DNA of 64,000 nucleotides, from IMG/VR virus record IMGVR_UViG_3300037419_001523; one strand, given 5' to 3'. Of the stretch, positions 37,673-47,851 are shown piece after piece (the stretch's first letter is position 1; each line of letters begins with the position of its first letter). The DNA comes from an uncultured virus (IMG/VR IMGVR_UViG_3300037419_001523) (taxonomy: Duplodnaviria > Heunggongvirae > Uroviricota > Caudoviricetes). The notes under the pieces are model-generated. The model had not been told where the DNA came from, searched no databases, and saw only the letters and a list, made by a program, of their open reading frames with translations. The position numbers and the translations under genes were made by a program.

Positions 37673-37704
37673 ATTAAACTAACATTTGAAAGGATGATTT
37701 ATAC

Positions 37705-38490
37705 ATGTCTACACCTAATCGTTGGGCAATTAAAGAATCTGGTGACGTTTCTTTCTTCGATTTAGTCACTGGAAAGGCTATCGTAACTCTTACTACATTA
37801 AAATCCACTTCATTGGAAACAACTGGTGAAACTGTATATAGCAGAGGCGGAAGAGGAAATGCTAAGATTGTAGGCTTTTCTACTAACCGTGAAAGTAAGC
37901 TTGTCATGCAGGATGCCATTTTTGATAACAAAGCAGTTTCGATGTTAACAGGTAATGACCTTGTGTCAGGGGTAAAAACAATTGATTATAATGAAGTATT
38001 AACAGTTACTTCTAACACACTTACTCTTACTAAAACACCAAATGGTGCATTAACTTCAGTTTTTGCATTAAACACTGACGGTACAAATGGGCAAGAATAT
38101 ACTCTTGGAACTCCTGCAACAAACGCAACTGATTACTCTATTTCTGGAAAAGTTGTAACTTTAAACTCTGGAGTGGCAAATGGTACTCAATTCAAAATTT
38201 ATTATAAAGTTAATACTGCATCTGATGCGAAAACCGTGAAGGTCACTTCAGATCAGTTTGGAAAATCGTTCCGTGTCGCAATTGATGTACTTGTTACTGA
38301 CGTTTTCACGAAAAAAGCATATTCTGGTCAATTAAGTATTCCAAATGCTAAGTTTGAGGACAACTTTAACTTATCATTTACAAGCGACGGAGACCCCGCA
38401 GTTTTAGACCTTAACATGGAAATTTTGAAATCTTCAACTTCTACAGATATGTGGCAGCTAACAGTATACGATAAGGATGCAATTGTTTAA
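37705..38490 (+). CDS. Major tail tube protein
   Basis: T/S/G-rich beta protein; YSRGGRGN and GDPAV motifs; downstream hairpin. Confidence 0.7.
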   Translation: MSTPNRWAIKESGDVSFFDLVTGKAIVTLTTLKSTSLETTGETVYSRGGRGNAKIVGFSTNRESKLVMQDAIFDNKAVSMLTGNDLVSGVKTIDYNEVLTVTSNTLTLTKTPNGALTSVFALNTDGTNGQEYTLGTPATNATDYSISGKVVTLNSGVANGTQFKIYYKVNTASDAKTVKVTSDQFGKSFRVAIDVLVTDVFTKKAYSGQLSIPNAKFEDNFNLSFTSDGDPAVLDLNMEILKSSTSTDMWQLTVYDKDAIV

Positions 38491-38554
38491 TAATAAATAA
38501 ATTGATAAGGGGTATATAAATGACATACCCCTCTTCCATTCATGGAGGTGGATT

Positions 38555-38788
38555 ATGGCTATTTCTAAAGAAACAACAGTTATAGAAGAACAACCTAAAC
38601 AAACTGAATTGGTTATTCAAGAAGTCGAGGATTTTGCAATCATCGTCAATATTCAAGGTTGGAGAATGCGTGTTTATTATGACGTAGATTATAATTATGA
38701 AAACCTTCGTCAAAGTCAATTTATCACGGTTAGTTACTTTGGTGATATTGAAGACCCTCATAGTGTCCAATTTGAGAAATTAAAGTGA
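38555..38788 (+). CDS. Small hypothetical protein
   Basis: GGAGGTGG RBS; 77 aa. Confidence 0.65.
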   Translation: MAISKETTVIEEQPKQTELVIQEVEDFAIIVNIQGWRMRVYYDVDYNYENLRQSQFITVSYFGDIEDPHSVQFEKLK

Positions 38789-38937
38789 AATTCCCAAAAT
38801 ATATTGACTAAACAAAATTAATTTGATATATTAATAATAGAGATAGATAAAGCCTAATTAACTTTATCGAAAAGGGAGACTCTCACTCCCCTTCTCTTTT
38901 TTTAAAATGAGAGAATACATTTTGAGAGGTGTATTAA

Positions 38938-40539
38938 ATGTTAGTTAATAAAAAATATGAAGTAAGATGGAACACTAATAATATCAAGCATTATAAATCA
39001 TTAGGTTACGTATTTACACATAAGAATGACACTTTTTTAGTTTTAGTTGAACATTTACCTATTAATTCTTCTATATTTATAGATTTAATTTGTGATTATT
39101 GTGACAAACCATTCCAAAGAAAACTTGTAAATTATACTTATTGCTTAAAAAAGAATAATTTTCATAAAGATGCTTGTGATAATTGTAAAGAGTTGAGAAG
39201 AAAAGATAATTTAAAAAGTAAACAAATGAATGGTATATTAACAAGAGAAATTGACGGTTATTGGACTTTTAAAGAAAACAGATTGAAAGAATTAAACGAA
39301 TATATTAAAACTTACAAGACTTTAGATGGTATTTCCAAAACTAAAGAAGGTTTCTTAATATCTTCTAATTTTCATAAAAATAATCATCTTATTGTGGATG
39401 GTGTAATTGAACTAGGTTACAATCCTTTGGAACTTTACAAAAGAATGCCTGAAGGCTATTATGACAACTTCGATATTATAGAATCTCTAATTAGAAATTT
39501 CATTGACAAATACGGAAAGTTTCCAACTGTTTCTGAAATGAAATATGAATTTAAATTTGATACTCGTCATATTTCAAAGCATGGTGGAGTTAATAAAGTA
39601 AAACAAAAAATGGGATATGTAGACGAATTAGATATGGTTGATGATAATGGGTATTACAATCGTTCTGCTTATGAATATATTGTTGCTCAATATTTGATAC
39701 ACAATAATGTAACTTATAAACGTGAACAATATCCTTTTTCTTCTGAAGAAGGACTTTATAGAAGTGATTTTACTTTATGTCCAAAAGGATCAAAAGAAAT
39801 TCATGTTGAAGTTTGGGGAATGGATTCTTCTGAAAATTATATTAAAACTAAGAAAAAGAAATTAGAGTTATATGAAAAATATAATATTCAGTTAATATCC
39901 ATTAATCAAAACACGTTTGTAGGAAAATCTTTATATCGAGTACAAGAAATCTTATATTCTTTATTTTCACAATATGTAAATTTAGAATATGAAAAAATTG
40001 ATAAAAAATATTTAGTTACTCCAAATAGTCTAAGTGATCAAGATTTGTTCGAATTATTGATGGAATTTTCAAGTGATGGAAAAACACTTCCTACAACCAC
40101 TACATTGAAAGAAAAATGTGCATATGGATTATATAATCAAGTAATAAAAAGGTATGGTAACTACGCTTCATTTGCTAAACATTTCAGTGTAAGTAATCAC
40201 CATAAAAGGTTTTACTGGACAGAACAGGAAATTGAATATCAACTAAATATTGTTAATCAAAACAAAAAAGATTTATCAAGGAAATCATTTAATGAGTTAA
40301 ATTTAAGTGGGCTTATGACGGCAATTGATAAATCAAAAGGCATGATTCAGACTAGGTTGGATTATTACGACAATAATAATGTTAATTTTATTCATGATAA
40401 AGACTTAAAAATATTAAATAACATTATTATGAATAAAGGAACAAATATAAAAAATCATGTCACACTAAAACAACAAGAACAAGCAAAAAGAATTCTTGAA
40501 AAATATTATAGTAAGTCAACCCTAACACCCATAAAATGA
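38938..40539 (+). CDS. Free-standing putative endonuclease (zinc-binding N-terminus, central PD-(D/E)XK-like domain)
   Basis: RSAYEYIVAQYL...YRSDF...HVEVWG...KKKKLELY; own promoter at 38804 and terminator near 40525-40555. Confidence 0.65.
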   Translation: MLVNKKYEVRWNTNNIKHYKSLGYVFTHKNDTFLVLVEHLPINSSIFIDLICDYCDKPFQRKLVNYTYCLKKNNFHKDACDNCKELRRKDNLKSKQMNGILTREIDGYWTFKENRLKELNEYIKTYKTLDGISKTKEGFLISSNFHKNNHLIVDGVIELGYNPLELYKRMPEGYYDNFDIIESLIRNFIDKYGKFPTVSEMKYEFKFDTRHISKHGGVNKVKQKMGYVDELDMVDDNGYYNRSAYEYIVAQYLIHNNVTYKREQYPFSSEEGLYRSDFTLCPKGSKEIHVEVWGMDSSENYIKTKKKKLELYEKYNIQLISINQNTFVGKSLYRVQEILYSLFSQYVNLEYEKIDKKYLVTPNSLSDQDLFELLMEFSSDGKTLPTTTTLKEKCAYGLYNQVIKRYGNYASFAKHFSVSNHHKRFYWTEQEIEYQLNIVNQNKKDLSRKSFNELNLSGLMTAIDKSKGMIQTRLDYYDNNNVNFIHDKDLKILNNIIMNKGTNIKNHVTLKQQEQAKRILEKYYSKSTLTPIK

Positions 40540-40670
40540 GGTGTTTATTTTTTTTGTCTAATAAAAGCGAGATTTCATTATGTTTGTGAGCAGCTAAAAA
40601 TTCGAATTCTCATAAACATAATCCTCGGTTTTAAAAATAATTAACTAAACAATCTAAAGGAGGTTGTTAT

Positions 40671-40955
40671 ATGTCAAGATTAGGTTCAGGATACATAGGT
40701 AGTTCACAACTTTTAACCAGTACTCTTAATCAAGAAATTATACCCCTGCCAGACAGTTCAAAGTCATTCAAAAAATACAGTTTATACAAATTTTCATTCT
40801 CAAACAATCAGGATGTAACTGTAATTATCAATAATGACGCTACTATTTTCATTCCTGCTGGACGTGGTTTTGAAATAGACGAAACTGATGCTCCTATTTA
40901 TAGTTTTGTAATTAAAGAAGCAGGAATTACTTATAATTGGGCTGCGTGTTATTAG
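40671..40955 (+). CDS. Small virion-associated protein
   Basis: AAAGGAGG RBS; precedes the tailspike cassette. Confidence 0.6.
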   Translation: MSRLGSGYIGSSQLLTSTLNQEIIPLPDSSKSFKKYSLYKFSFSNNQDVTVIINNDATIFIPAGRGFEIDETDAPIYSFVIKEAGITYNWAACY

Positions 40956-40970
40956 AAAGGAGGTTAATTA

Positions 40971-42797
40971 ATGAGTTTATTTAAATTACAAAAAGTTTCA
41001 ACAGACATGGTTACAGATGGTTCAGGTAACAAACTTAGTTCGCTTTTGGCGGATAAGGCGACCATTTTTAATACACTTGGCGACTTGAAAAACAGCACCA
41101 AACTAAAAGATGGAGACGTAGCTATTACACTTGGATACTATTCCATCAATGATGGTGGTGGTGGAACTTATAATGTAGTTTCTGGTAATGTTCAATCTGA
41201 CAATGGCGGAAGTGTTATAAAATTGGCAGACAATACATTAACAGCATTGCTTATTACGGATGGAAAACGCATTAATGTAAAGCAGTTTGGAGTAAAGGAA
41301 TCTTCGAGCAGTGCTGGCGATTGTTCCAGTATTATTCAAAACATCATCACGAATACAGACTTTGCCACACTTGTTTTTCCTAAAGGACAATACTATTTTT
41401 CTAATACTATTCAATTAACAAGGTATATACAGATTATTGGCGACTTAAACAGTACCAGCATTGGTGTACTTATAAGGACAGGTGCCATTGAAGCATTTAC
41501 CACAAATGATACGGAACAAAGACTAGTTATTAAAAATATTCAATTTCAATCGGATAACAACAATTTTTCAATTTTATTTTCAAGGGTACGCTTTACTAAT
41601 TCGGAATTTATTAATATCACTACAGTTAGTTATCATGTTATTTTTAACGGCAGTATTTATCAAATCTCCAAAATAGAGAAATGTTATTGGCAAACCATAC
41701 GGTATGCGGCTTTTACAAATGTCTTTCCGAGTGGATATACTCAATATCAATCAGCATACTCCGGTATAACGGATAGTGAAATAAATAGTAACTATTTTAC
41801 TGGATCACACACTGAACGTTGTCATTTGTTTTATCAATTTAGAACAAATAGTAGTCGTTTTCATTCGAATTATGTAGATTATTTTTATTGTGTTTGGGGT
41901 ACAGATTACACTGTGGATGGTGTAAATTGTGCAGTATTTGATGGAGTAGTAATTCAAAATAATGTCATTGAATACTGTTTTTCTATTATGAAAAATGTTC
42001 GAATATCGGGTTTGTCATTCCTCAATAACTTAACTCGATTTATTAATAATACAATTGTTAACGCTAATACATTCAACTACTTAACGACAACAGAAAAAAC
42101 TTCTTTGTTCATGGCAATACGTTCATTTAGAGCAAATACAACTTTGATACGGAACAATCAGATTGTAAGCTGTGACACTTTTTTAGACTTTGATATTATG
42201 GACTTAAATGTAAATATCGGAGGAAACATTTATGAATCTGTCACAAATAAAGTTGTATTTCATGATCCTTACTCGTATGCAGGGCAAGGGCAATTAGGCT
42301 GTTTAATCGAAGAATTGAATAATCAAGTTGTAGCGAATTTACCTAGTGCGAATTGGGGTACAGGAACATATCCCGGTCATACAGTGATTTATAATAATAA
42401 AATTTACACGAATATGAACCAGAAATGGTATGATTCCAATGGAATTGTTAGTACGCAAGGATCATTAATTGACCCTTTGGTGAAATATCTAACCGTTGCA
42501 GCTTCTGGAAATACGTATGGGCTTGATTTAACTAATTATTATAACTTTGCCATTGAAACTACCGACACTGCAACAAAGACAATCACATTCTCTAATGTTC
42601 CTGCTACTTCAAACTTACTTTTATCGGTGTCCGTCAAATTAAAATATACCAATGCGGCAGCGTTAAACTACCCAACAGGAACAGTTTGGAAAGATGGTAC
42701 AACTCCAACTTTAGCAACAGGGAAACAATATATCTTGCAGTTTGTTAGTTTTGATAATGGAACATCGTGGTTAGCGTCTTTTGTAGGGGCGTGGTAA
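40971..42797 (+). CDS. Beta-helix tailspike/receptor-binding protein (pectate-lyase-like)
   Basis: TLGYYSINDGGGGTY, INVKQFG and VFPKGQY; Asn-rich beta-helix repeats; C-terminal WKDGTTPTL...DNGTSW domain. Confidence 0.8.
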   Translation: MSLFKLQKVSTDMVTDGSGNKLSSLLADKATIFNTLGDLKNSTKLKDGDVAITLGYYSINDGGGGTYNVVSGNVQSDNGGSVIKLADNTLTALLITDGKRINVKQFGVKESSSSAGDCSSIIQNIITNTDFATLVFPKGQYYFSNTIQLTRYIQIIGDLNSTSIGVLIRTGAIEAFTTNDTEQRLVIKNIQFQSDNNNFSILFSRVRFTNSEFINITTVSYHVIFNGSIYQISKIEKCYWQTIRYAAFTNVFPSGYTQYQSAYSGITDSEINSNYFTGSHTERCHLFYQFRTNSSRFHSNYVDYFYCVWGTDYTVDGVNCAVFDGVVIQNNVIEYCFSIMKNVRISGLSFLNNLTRFINNTIVNANTFNYLTTTEKTSLFMAIRSFRANTTLIRNNQIVSCDTFLDFDIMDLNVNIGGNIYESVTNKVVFHDPYSYAGQGQLGCLIEELNNQVVANLPSANWGTGTYPGHTVIYNNKIYTNMNQKWYDSNGIVSTQGSLIDPLVKYLTVAASGNTYGLDLTNYYNFAIETTDTATKTITFSNVPATSNLLLSVSVKLKYTNAAALNYPTGTVWKDGTTPTLATGKQYILQFVSFDNGTSWLASFVGAW

Positions 42798-42799
42798 AG

Positions 42800-43252
42800 A
42801 TGTTTATTAAAAATGCTGTCAGTCTTATATCTAGTATGGTTTCAAACAATGCTCTAAAACCTAACCTTGTTACGAATGGTGATTTTTCACAAGGGCAGAC
42901 AGGTTGGACTATTCTAGGTACAGCAGCAACGTGGACTTTTGCAAATAATATTGCGGAAGGAATCGTTACAAACTGGAATCAAGGGTTAAAAACTACAACG
43001 AATATAACCGTTTTACCAAACACAACATATACCCTAAAATTTACTTGTAGCAATATCAATGCTTATGCAGTTATGTATTTTTACAATGGAGCAACTTATG
43101 TGAGCCAATCAAGTAATATTACCCCTTCTTCAGCGAATGTTGAAAGAAGTTTTACATTTACCACGGGATCAACTGTAACAAATTTAAATTTACAATTAAT
43201 TTGTAATAATATCTCAGGTACATTTGATTGGAGCAATATTAGTATTAGTTAA
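42800..43252 (+). CDS. Carbohydrate-binding-module-like protein
   Basis: NLVTNGDFSQGQTGW...VLPNTTYTL (CBM4/9-like). Confidence 0.7.
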   Translation: MFIKNAVSLISSMVSNNALKPNLVTNGDFSQGQTGWTILGTAATWTFANNIAEGIVTNWNQGLKTTTNITVLPNTTYTLKFTCSNINAYAVMYFYNGATYVSQSSNITPSSANVERSFTFTTGSTVTNLNLQLICNNISGTFDWSNISIS

Positions 43253-43410
43253 TATACATTTGGAGAAAAAGGCGTCGTAACAAAAATTTAATAACAAGTG
43301 TATTTTTACACTATTTTATCACAACTAGAGGGCTTCTTTGTCCTCTTTTTTTATTTTGAAATGCCCGTTTTATCAGATTTCAATAAAAGGATTAAAAGGA
43401 GGAAATTTTC

Positions 43411-43932
43411 ATGGCTAAAGCAAAACAATCTACAAATTTAACAATGGGGAAAATTAAGAAAGCTTATCGCAAAACACAAGAAAAAGTAAATTATGAATTA
43501 AAAGATGGTTTGAATCTTACCTTATCTCCCATATTCGCACATTCTGAAATTGAAAAATTATTAGAACACATGTCTGAACAATTTAAATATGCAGAAGAAA
43601 AAGGAATTGAGATTAGTGAGAAATTTACAATGGACTACATCCTTTTCCTTTGTATTAAACAATTTACTCACCTCGGTAAAGAAATCAGTGACAACTTCGA
43701 AGAACAATATCAACAAATGGAATGGTTAGTTGATACTGGTTATTTTAAAGAAATTGTTGAAGATGTATTTATGCAAGAAGAAATTAAAAAAGTGTTTGAT
43801 AAAGCAGTAGAACTTAGCAGCAAGTTTGCATTCTTAGAAAAATTAACTGAGCAAATGCAAGAGAATGTACGAAATATTCAGTTAAAGAATGCAGACGTAA
43901 TATCACAACTTGGAAATAAAGTCGTTCAATAA
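43411..43932 (+). CDS. Putative tail assembly chaperone
   Basis: Acidic helical protein between the tail tube and tape measure genes. Confidence 0.5.
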   Translation: MAKAKQSTNLTMGKIKKAYRKTQEKVNYELKDGLNLTLSPIFAHSEIEKLLEHMSEQFKYAEEKGIEISEKFTMDYILFLCIKQFTHLGKEISDNFEEQYQQMEWLVDTGYFKEIVEDVFMQEEIKKVFDKAVELSSKFAFLEKLTEQMQENVRNIQLKNADVISQLGNKVVQ

Positions 43933-43948
43933 GCGAGTTGATAAATAG

Positions 43949-44470
43949 ATGACAACTTTTAACAGTATTAATGATCTCAAGAAATGGTTAGCAACTCAGC
44001 ATGGTCAAAATGCTACTTTAGATGAAACACATATTCGTAAAGTATTAACAGAAGCAGGTAAAGAATTAGAGAAGTTAATGATTGATGAACTGAATGATTA
44101 TTTTCAAAGTTATGATCCTGTTTATCCAGAATACAGACGAGGGCAAACGGTCGCCTCTATTCAAATTGGAAAACCGAAAAAGATTACAGTAAATGAATGG
44201 TCATTAGAAATTATTTTTGATTCTTCTATTGCTAATCATCCTTCTGTTTTTGGTCAAGAAGAAGGTTACACTCCTTGGTTGTTAAATAGCGGTTGGAGGA
44301 CGAAATTAGATGCGACTTTAGATAAAGACCATTTTACAAGATTTAAAGGAACAAACTTTGTAACTCATGCAGTAGAAAAATTCAATAAAAATAATAAACA
44401 TGGCTTGAAAGTTGAAGTTTTACATAACGGTGTAGATGTTACAGGTAAATTATATAGTTACGGTATATAG
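43949..44470 (+). CDS. Tail-module hypothetical protein
   Basis: 173-aa ORF; YDPVYPEYRRG motif. Confidence 0.55.
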   Translation: MTTFNSINDLKKWLATQHGQNATLDETHIRKVLTEAGKELEKLMIDELNDYFQSYDPVYPEYRRGQTVASIQIGKPKKITVNEWSLEIIFDSSIANHPSVFGQEEGYTPWLLNSGWRTKLDATLDKDHFTRFKGTNFVTHAVEKFNKNNKHGLKVEVLHNGVDVTGKLYSYGI

Positions 44471-44492
44471 CATTATGGAGGTGAACAATTAA

Positions 44493-45506
44493 TTGGCTAA
44501 AATAACTAGAATAAAATACTTCACCGAGGAAAAGAAAGCATTAATTAATCCAGAGAATCAAAAGAAATATGATAAATACTTAAACTCTAATATTATTAAG
44601 AATAGAGATGTAAAAGATACTACATATCTAGTTTACAAAAATTATATGTCTCATTTCCTTGTTTATCTTGCAGAAACTTGGGAAAATATTGACCTTTATA
44701 GTGATGAATTTATGGAAAATGCAGTTGATATTATGGAAGGTTATATTTCATTCCTTCAAGATGTATTGAAGAATAACAAGAAAGTCATTAATACTAAACT
44801 TTCTACTGTTTCAAGTTTTTATTTGTGGAGTCTTAAACGTAAATTTGTTGACAGACATCCTTTTGATAAACAACTTGATCGTATGAAAGGTGCTAACGAA
44901 GAAAAAATAATCAACTCTTATTATCTTGATGAAGACCAAATGAAACTTATCACAGAAACCTTAAAGGTTGATGGTAAGTACGATATTCAAGATAGATTAA
45001 TTTGGGGAGTTATGCTTGATTCAGCTAATCGTGTAGGAGCAATTTCTAATCTTACCCTCTCTTCTCTTGATTTAGACAATATGCTTTTTGAAGGAATTCG
45101 TGAAAAACGTGGTTATCGTGTAGAAGTTGTATTCGAAGAAGATAGTAAAGTATTGATTGAACAGTGGCTTGAACAACGTAAAGAAATGGATAATCTTGAA
45201 GTGGATTCCTTATTCATTACTAAGCATAACGGTCAATATCGTCCAATGTCAAAAGGTACAATTCAGGAACGTGTGAAAAAAATTGGTGAGATTTTAGGTT
45301 TAGATGACTTTCATGCTCACTGCATAAGAAAAACAAAATTGAATGATGTCTACGTTAAGACTGGAGATTTAACATTAGCTTCTGAACTTGCTAATCATAA
45401 ATCAACTGAGGTAACTAGATCGAGTTATATTAAACCACAATCTAAAGCAGAAATTAGAGAAAAAATTAGAGCAATGAAAGAAAAGATGTCAAATAAAAAT
45501 AATTAA
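44493..45506 (+). CDS. Tyrosine recombinase (YomM-like)
   Basis: Catalytic set R (SANRVG), HxxR (HCIR), H (ANHKS) and Y (SSYI) is present. Confidence 0.9.
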   Translation: MAKITRIKYFTEEKKALINPENQKKYDKYLNSNIIKNRDVKDTTYLVYKNYMSHFLVYLAETWENIDLYSDEFMENAVDIMEGYISFLQDVLKNNKKVINTKLSTVSSFYLWSLKRKFVDRHPFDKQLDRMKGANEEKIINSYYLDEDQMKLITETLKVDGKYDIQDRLIWGVMLDSANRVGAISNLTLSSLDLDNMLFEGIREKRGYRVEVVFEEDSKVLIEQWLEQRKEMDNLEVDSLFITKHNGQYRPMSKGTIQERVKKIGEILGLDDFHAHCIRKTKLNDVYVKTGDLTLASELANHKSTEVTRSSYIKPQSKAEIREKIRAMKEKMSNKNN

Positions 45507-45563
45507 TCAAGAGTGACTGGTTTTATATCAGTTGCTCTTTTATTTTTGGAGGAGGTTATTTCA

Positions 45564-46892
45564 TTGAGCAAATTTCATAATAGATATTCAGATGAAGAAT
45601 TAATACAAATCTTAAAAGATGCTTATATTGAGTTAGGAAGAGTTCCATATATTAGAGATTTTAATAAAAGGAAACCCAACGCTTCAACTTTTCGTAGATT
45701 TGGTTCTTGGCAAGATGCTTTGAAAAAAGCAGGTTTAACTAAGGAAAAACAAAAATCTACTGATTATACAAAAGAAGAACTTATTAACTTATTAAAAAAG
45801 TATTACATAGAATATAATAAAGTTCCAACAACAAGAGATTTAAAAAGTACAAAAGGTTATCCATCTGATTCTCCTTTTAGAAGTGTATTTGGTTCTTTTA
45901 AACAAGCGTTAATTGATGCTGAACTATTCGATTTAAGAAAAGACAAAGATAAAAAAATATTTGATAGGAAACCATATACTAAAGAAGAATTATTAACATT
46001 GCTTGATAATTACATTAAAAAGAAAGGGAGAATACCATCATGGAAAGAAATTGATTCTTTGAAAGAATTACCTAGTTGTACTGCATATATTGCACATTTT
46101 GGTAGTATGGAAAATGTAATTAATTTACTAGGTTATGACTTAGAAAAACAAAGACAACAGGATTTACAAGAATTAAAGAGTGATATGTTAAAAAAATATA
46201 AAATATTAAAAGAAAGATTAGGTAGAGTCCCATCAAGTAGAGATATTGAAGAATACTGTAGAAAAGAGAAAAGTATTTATTCTATGGGTGCTTATGAATT
46301 TCATTTTGGAAGTTTATATGAATTACAATTATTATGTGGTTTTACACCGACAGTTATCGGGAGAAATAAAACAAACGAAGACTTGTTGGATGATTTAGTT
46401 AGAATATCATATGAAATAGGGAGAACACCTTCTCAAAATGATTTGATATTTTTTGATGATGTTGCAAATTACCACAAATATGCAAAAGAATTTGGATCAT
46501 GGAATAATGCAGTAAAATTAGCAGGCTTGAAACCTAATAATGATGTTTATTACTCAAATAATGGGATAGAATGTCTTTCTTATTATGAATTACTTTTTAC
46601 TAATATGCTTGAAAAGTATAATATTAAATTTTTAAAGGAAGAGTTCTATAAAGATTACATACCTACAAAAAGAAGGTTTAGGTTTGATTATGTAGTTGAT
46701 TTAAAGGATAAAAAAATATTTGTGGAAATTTTCGGAATAACTTGCAAAGAAAATTATAAAGAGAGAACAAAAGAAAAAATAACACTTTGTGTAGAAAACA
46801 AAATTGATTTAATTGAAATTTATCCAGAAGATTTCACAAGTTACAAACTAGAAAAAATACATAAAATGTTTTTATCTAAACTTCAAAAATAA
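45564..46892 (+). CDS. Putative homing endonuclease with tandem HTH-like repeats and a C-terminal PD-(D/E)XK-like domain
   Basis: Five repeats of the type Y(S/T)xEEL...LGRVP...FGSW..AL..AGL; SYYE...FRFDY...FVEIFG; GGAGGAGG RBS before the TTG at 45564. Confidence 0.7.
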   Translation: MSKFHNRYSDEELIQILKDAYIELGRVPYIRDFNKRKPNASTFRRFGSWQDALKKAGLTKEKQKSTDYTKEELINLLKKYYIEYNKVPTTRDLKSTKGYPSDSPFRSVFGSFKQALIDAELFDLRKDKDKKIFDRKPYTKEELLTLLDNYIKKKGRIPSWKEIDSLKELPSCTAYIAHFGSMENVINLLGYDLEKQRQQDLQELKSDMLKKYKILKERLGRVPSSRDIEEYCRKEKSIYSMGAYEFHFGSLYELQLLCGFTPTVIGRNKTNEDLLDDLVRISYEIGRTPSQNDLIFFDDVANYHKYAKEFGSWNNAVKLAGLKPNNDVYYSNNGIECLSYYELLFTNMLEKYNIKFLKEEFYKDYIPTKRRFRFDYVVDLKDKKIFVEIFGITCKENYKERTKEKITLCVENKIDLIEIYPEDFTSYKLEKIHKMFLSKLQK

Positions 46893-46924
46893 TTATACAA
46901 ACAATATATAATGTGATACAATTA

Positions 46925-47021
46925 ATATATAATAATTTGGTTGCAACCTAATAGTGTGTATTAATACTATTAGTCCAAACAATTAGGAGTGTTGTCCGTA
47001 CAAACAGCACTCCCCTTTTTC
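46925..47021 (+). ncRNA. Candidate ~95-nt small RNA
   Basis: TG-extended TACAAT -10 near 46913-46922; hairpin CTAATAGT...ACTATTAG; terminator GGAGTGTTGT...ACAGCACTCC then CCTTTTT; no convincing ORF. Confidence 0.35.
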
Positions 47022-47085
47022 ATGCTTTTATATTTTCCTATTTTGGATTATAATGGGATTACCAATATATTGAGGTGATCCCATT

Positions 47086-47796
47086 ATGAATTATTTAATA
47101 AACATGAATCGACACCTTAGAATAACTATCCTTCTATCCTGTTTCTTTTGTTCATTTTTATTATTTTTTCTTACGGTGAATGGATGGTTTATTCTGTTAG
47201 CATTTGTCTTTTTAGGAATCTTAATTGCTTCTAACGTTTCACATGCACGTAATTATTCAAAATTAATGGAGAAGTCATTAGAAAAAGCATTAATTAAAAA
47301 TAATTTTGTGGCAGATTATTTTTATCTAAGTGATGATTTCTTATCAGGAATAGCAATTAATAAATCTGAAAATCTAATCGCTATTTACAAAAGGAATCAA
47401 ATTAATGAAAATTTTACCCCTACCCTTCTCAACTTTAAAGATATTGTTGAATGTGCAATTCAAGAAGACAGTGAAATTGTTACACATACTTCTAAGAGTT
47501 CTGCTATAAGTAATGCAATGGCTGGTGGAGTTTTATTCGGAGGAATTGGTGCAACGGTTGGTGGTTTGATTGGAGAAAAAATAGGTCATGAAAAGATTTA
47601 CAAAGCAACTTTGTCTATTGTAGTTGATGATTTAGACAATCCTATCCATGAAATACATTTCTTAAATTCTCAAATATTAGTGGATAGAAAAAGTGAAATA
47701 TACAAAAAGATTTATGTTGATCTTAATAAATGGTATCAAACAATTCGAGTTATTATTCGTAGAAATGAAACAGAACTAAATAGTAAAACGGTTTAA
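47086..47796 (+). CDS. Two-TM membrane protein (moron-like, possible superinfection exclusion)
   Basis: N-terminal TM pair; AMAGGVLFGGIGATVGG glycine motif; followed by a terminator at 47797-47829. Confidence 0.7.
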   Translation: MNYLINMNRHLRITILLSCFFCSFLLFFLTVNGWFILLAFVFLGILIASNVSHARNYSKLMEKSLEKALIKNNFVADYFYLSDDFLSGIAINKSENLIAIYKRNQINENFTPTLLNFKDIVECAIQEDSEIVTHTSKSSAISNAMAGGVLFGGIGATVGGLIGEKIGHEKIYKATLSIVVDDLDNPIHEIHFLNSQILVDRKSEIYKKIYVDLNKWYQTIRVIIRRNETELNSKTV

Positions 47797-47851
47797 AGAA
47801 GTGTCAGCCATTTGACGCTTCTTTTTTTATTTTAAGAAAGGAAGTGTTTAT

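Noticed and set aside
43411..44470. Programmed -1 frameshift in tail chaperone genes
   Set aside because: I found no convincing slippery heptamer near the end of the first ORF.
44493..45506. Prophage integrase marking an att boundary
   Set aside because: It is embedded in the tail module with phage genes on both sides and no att site or tRNA nearby.
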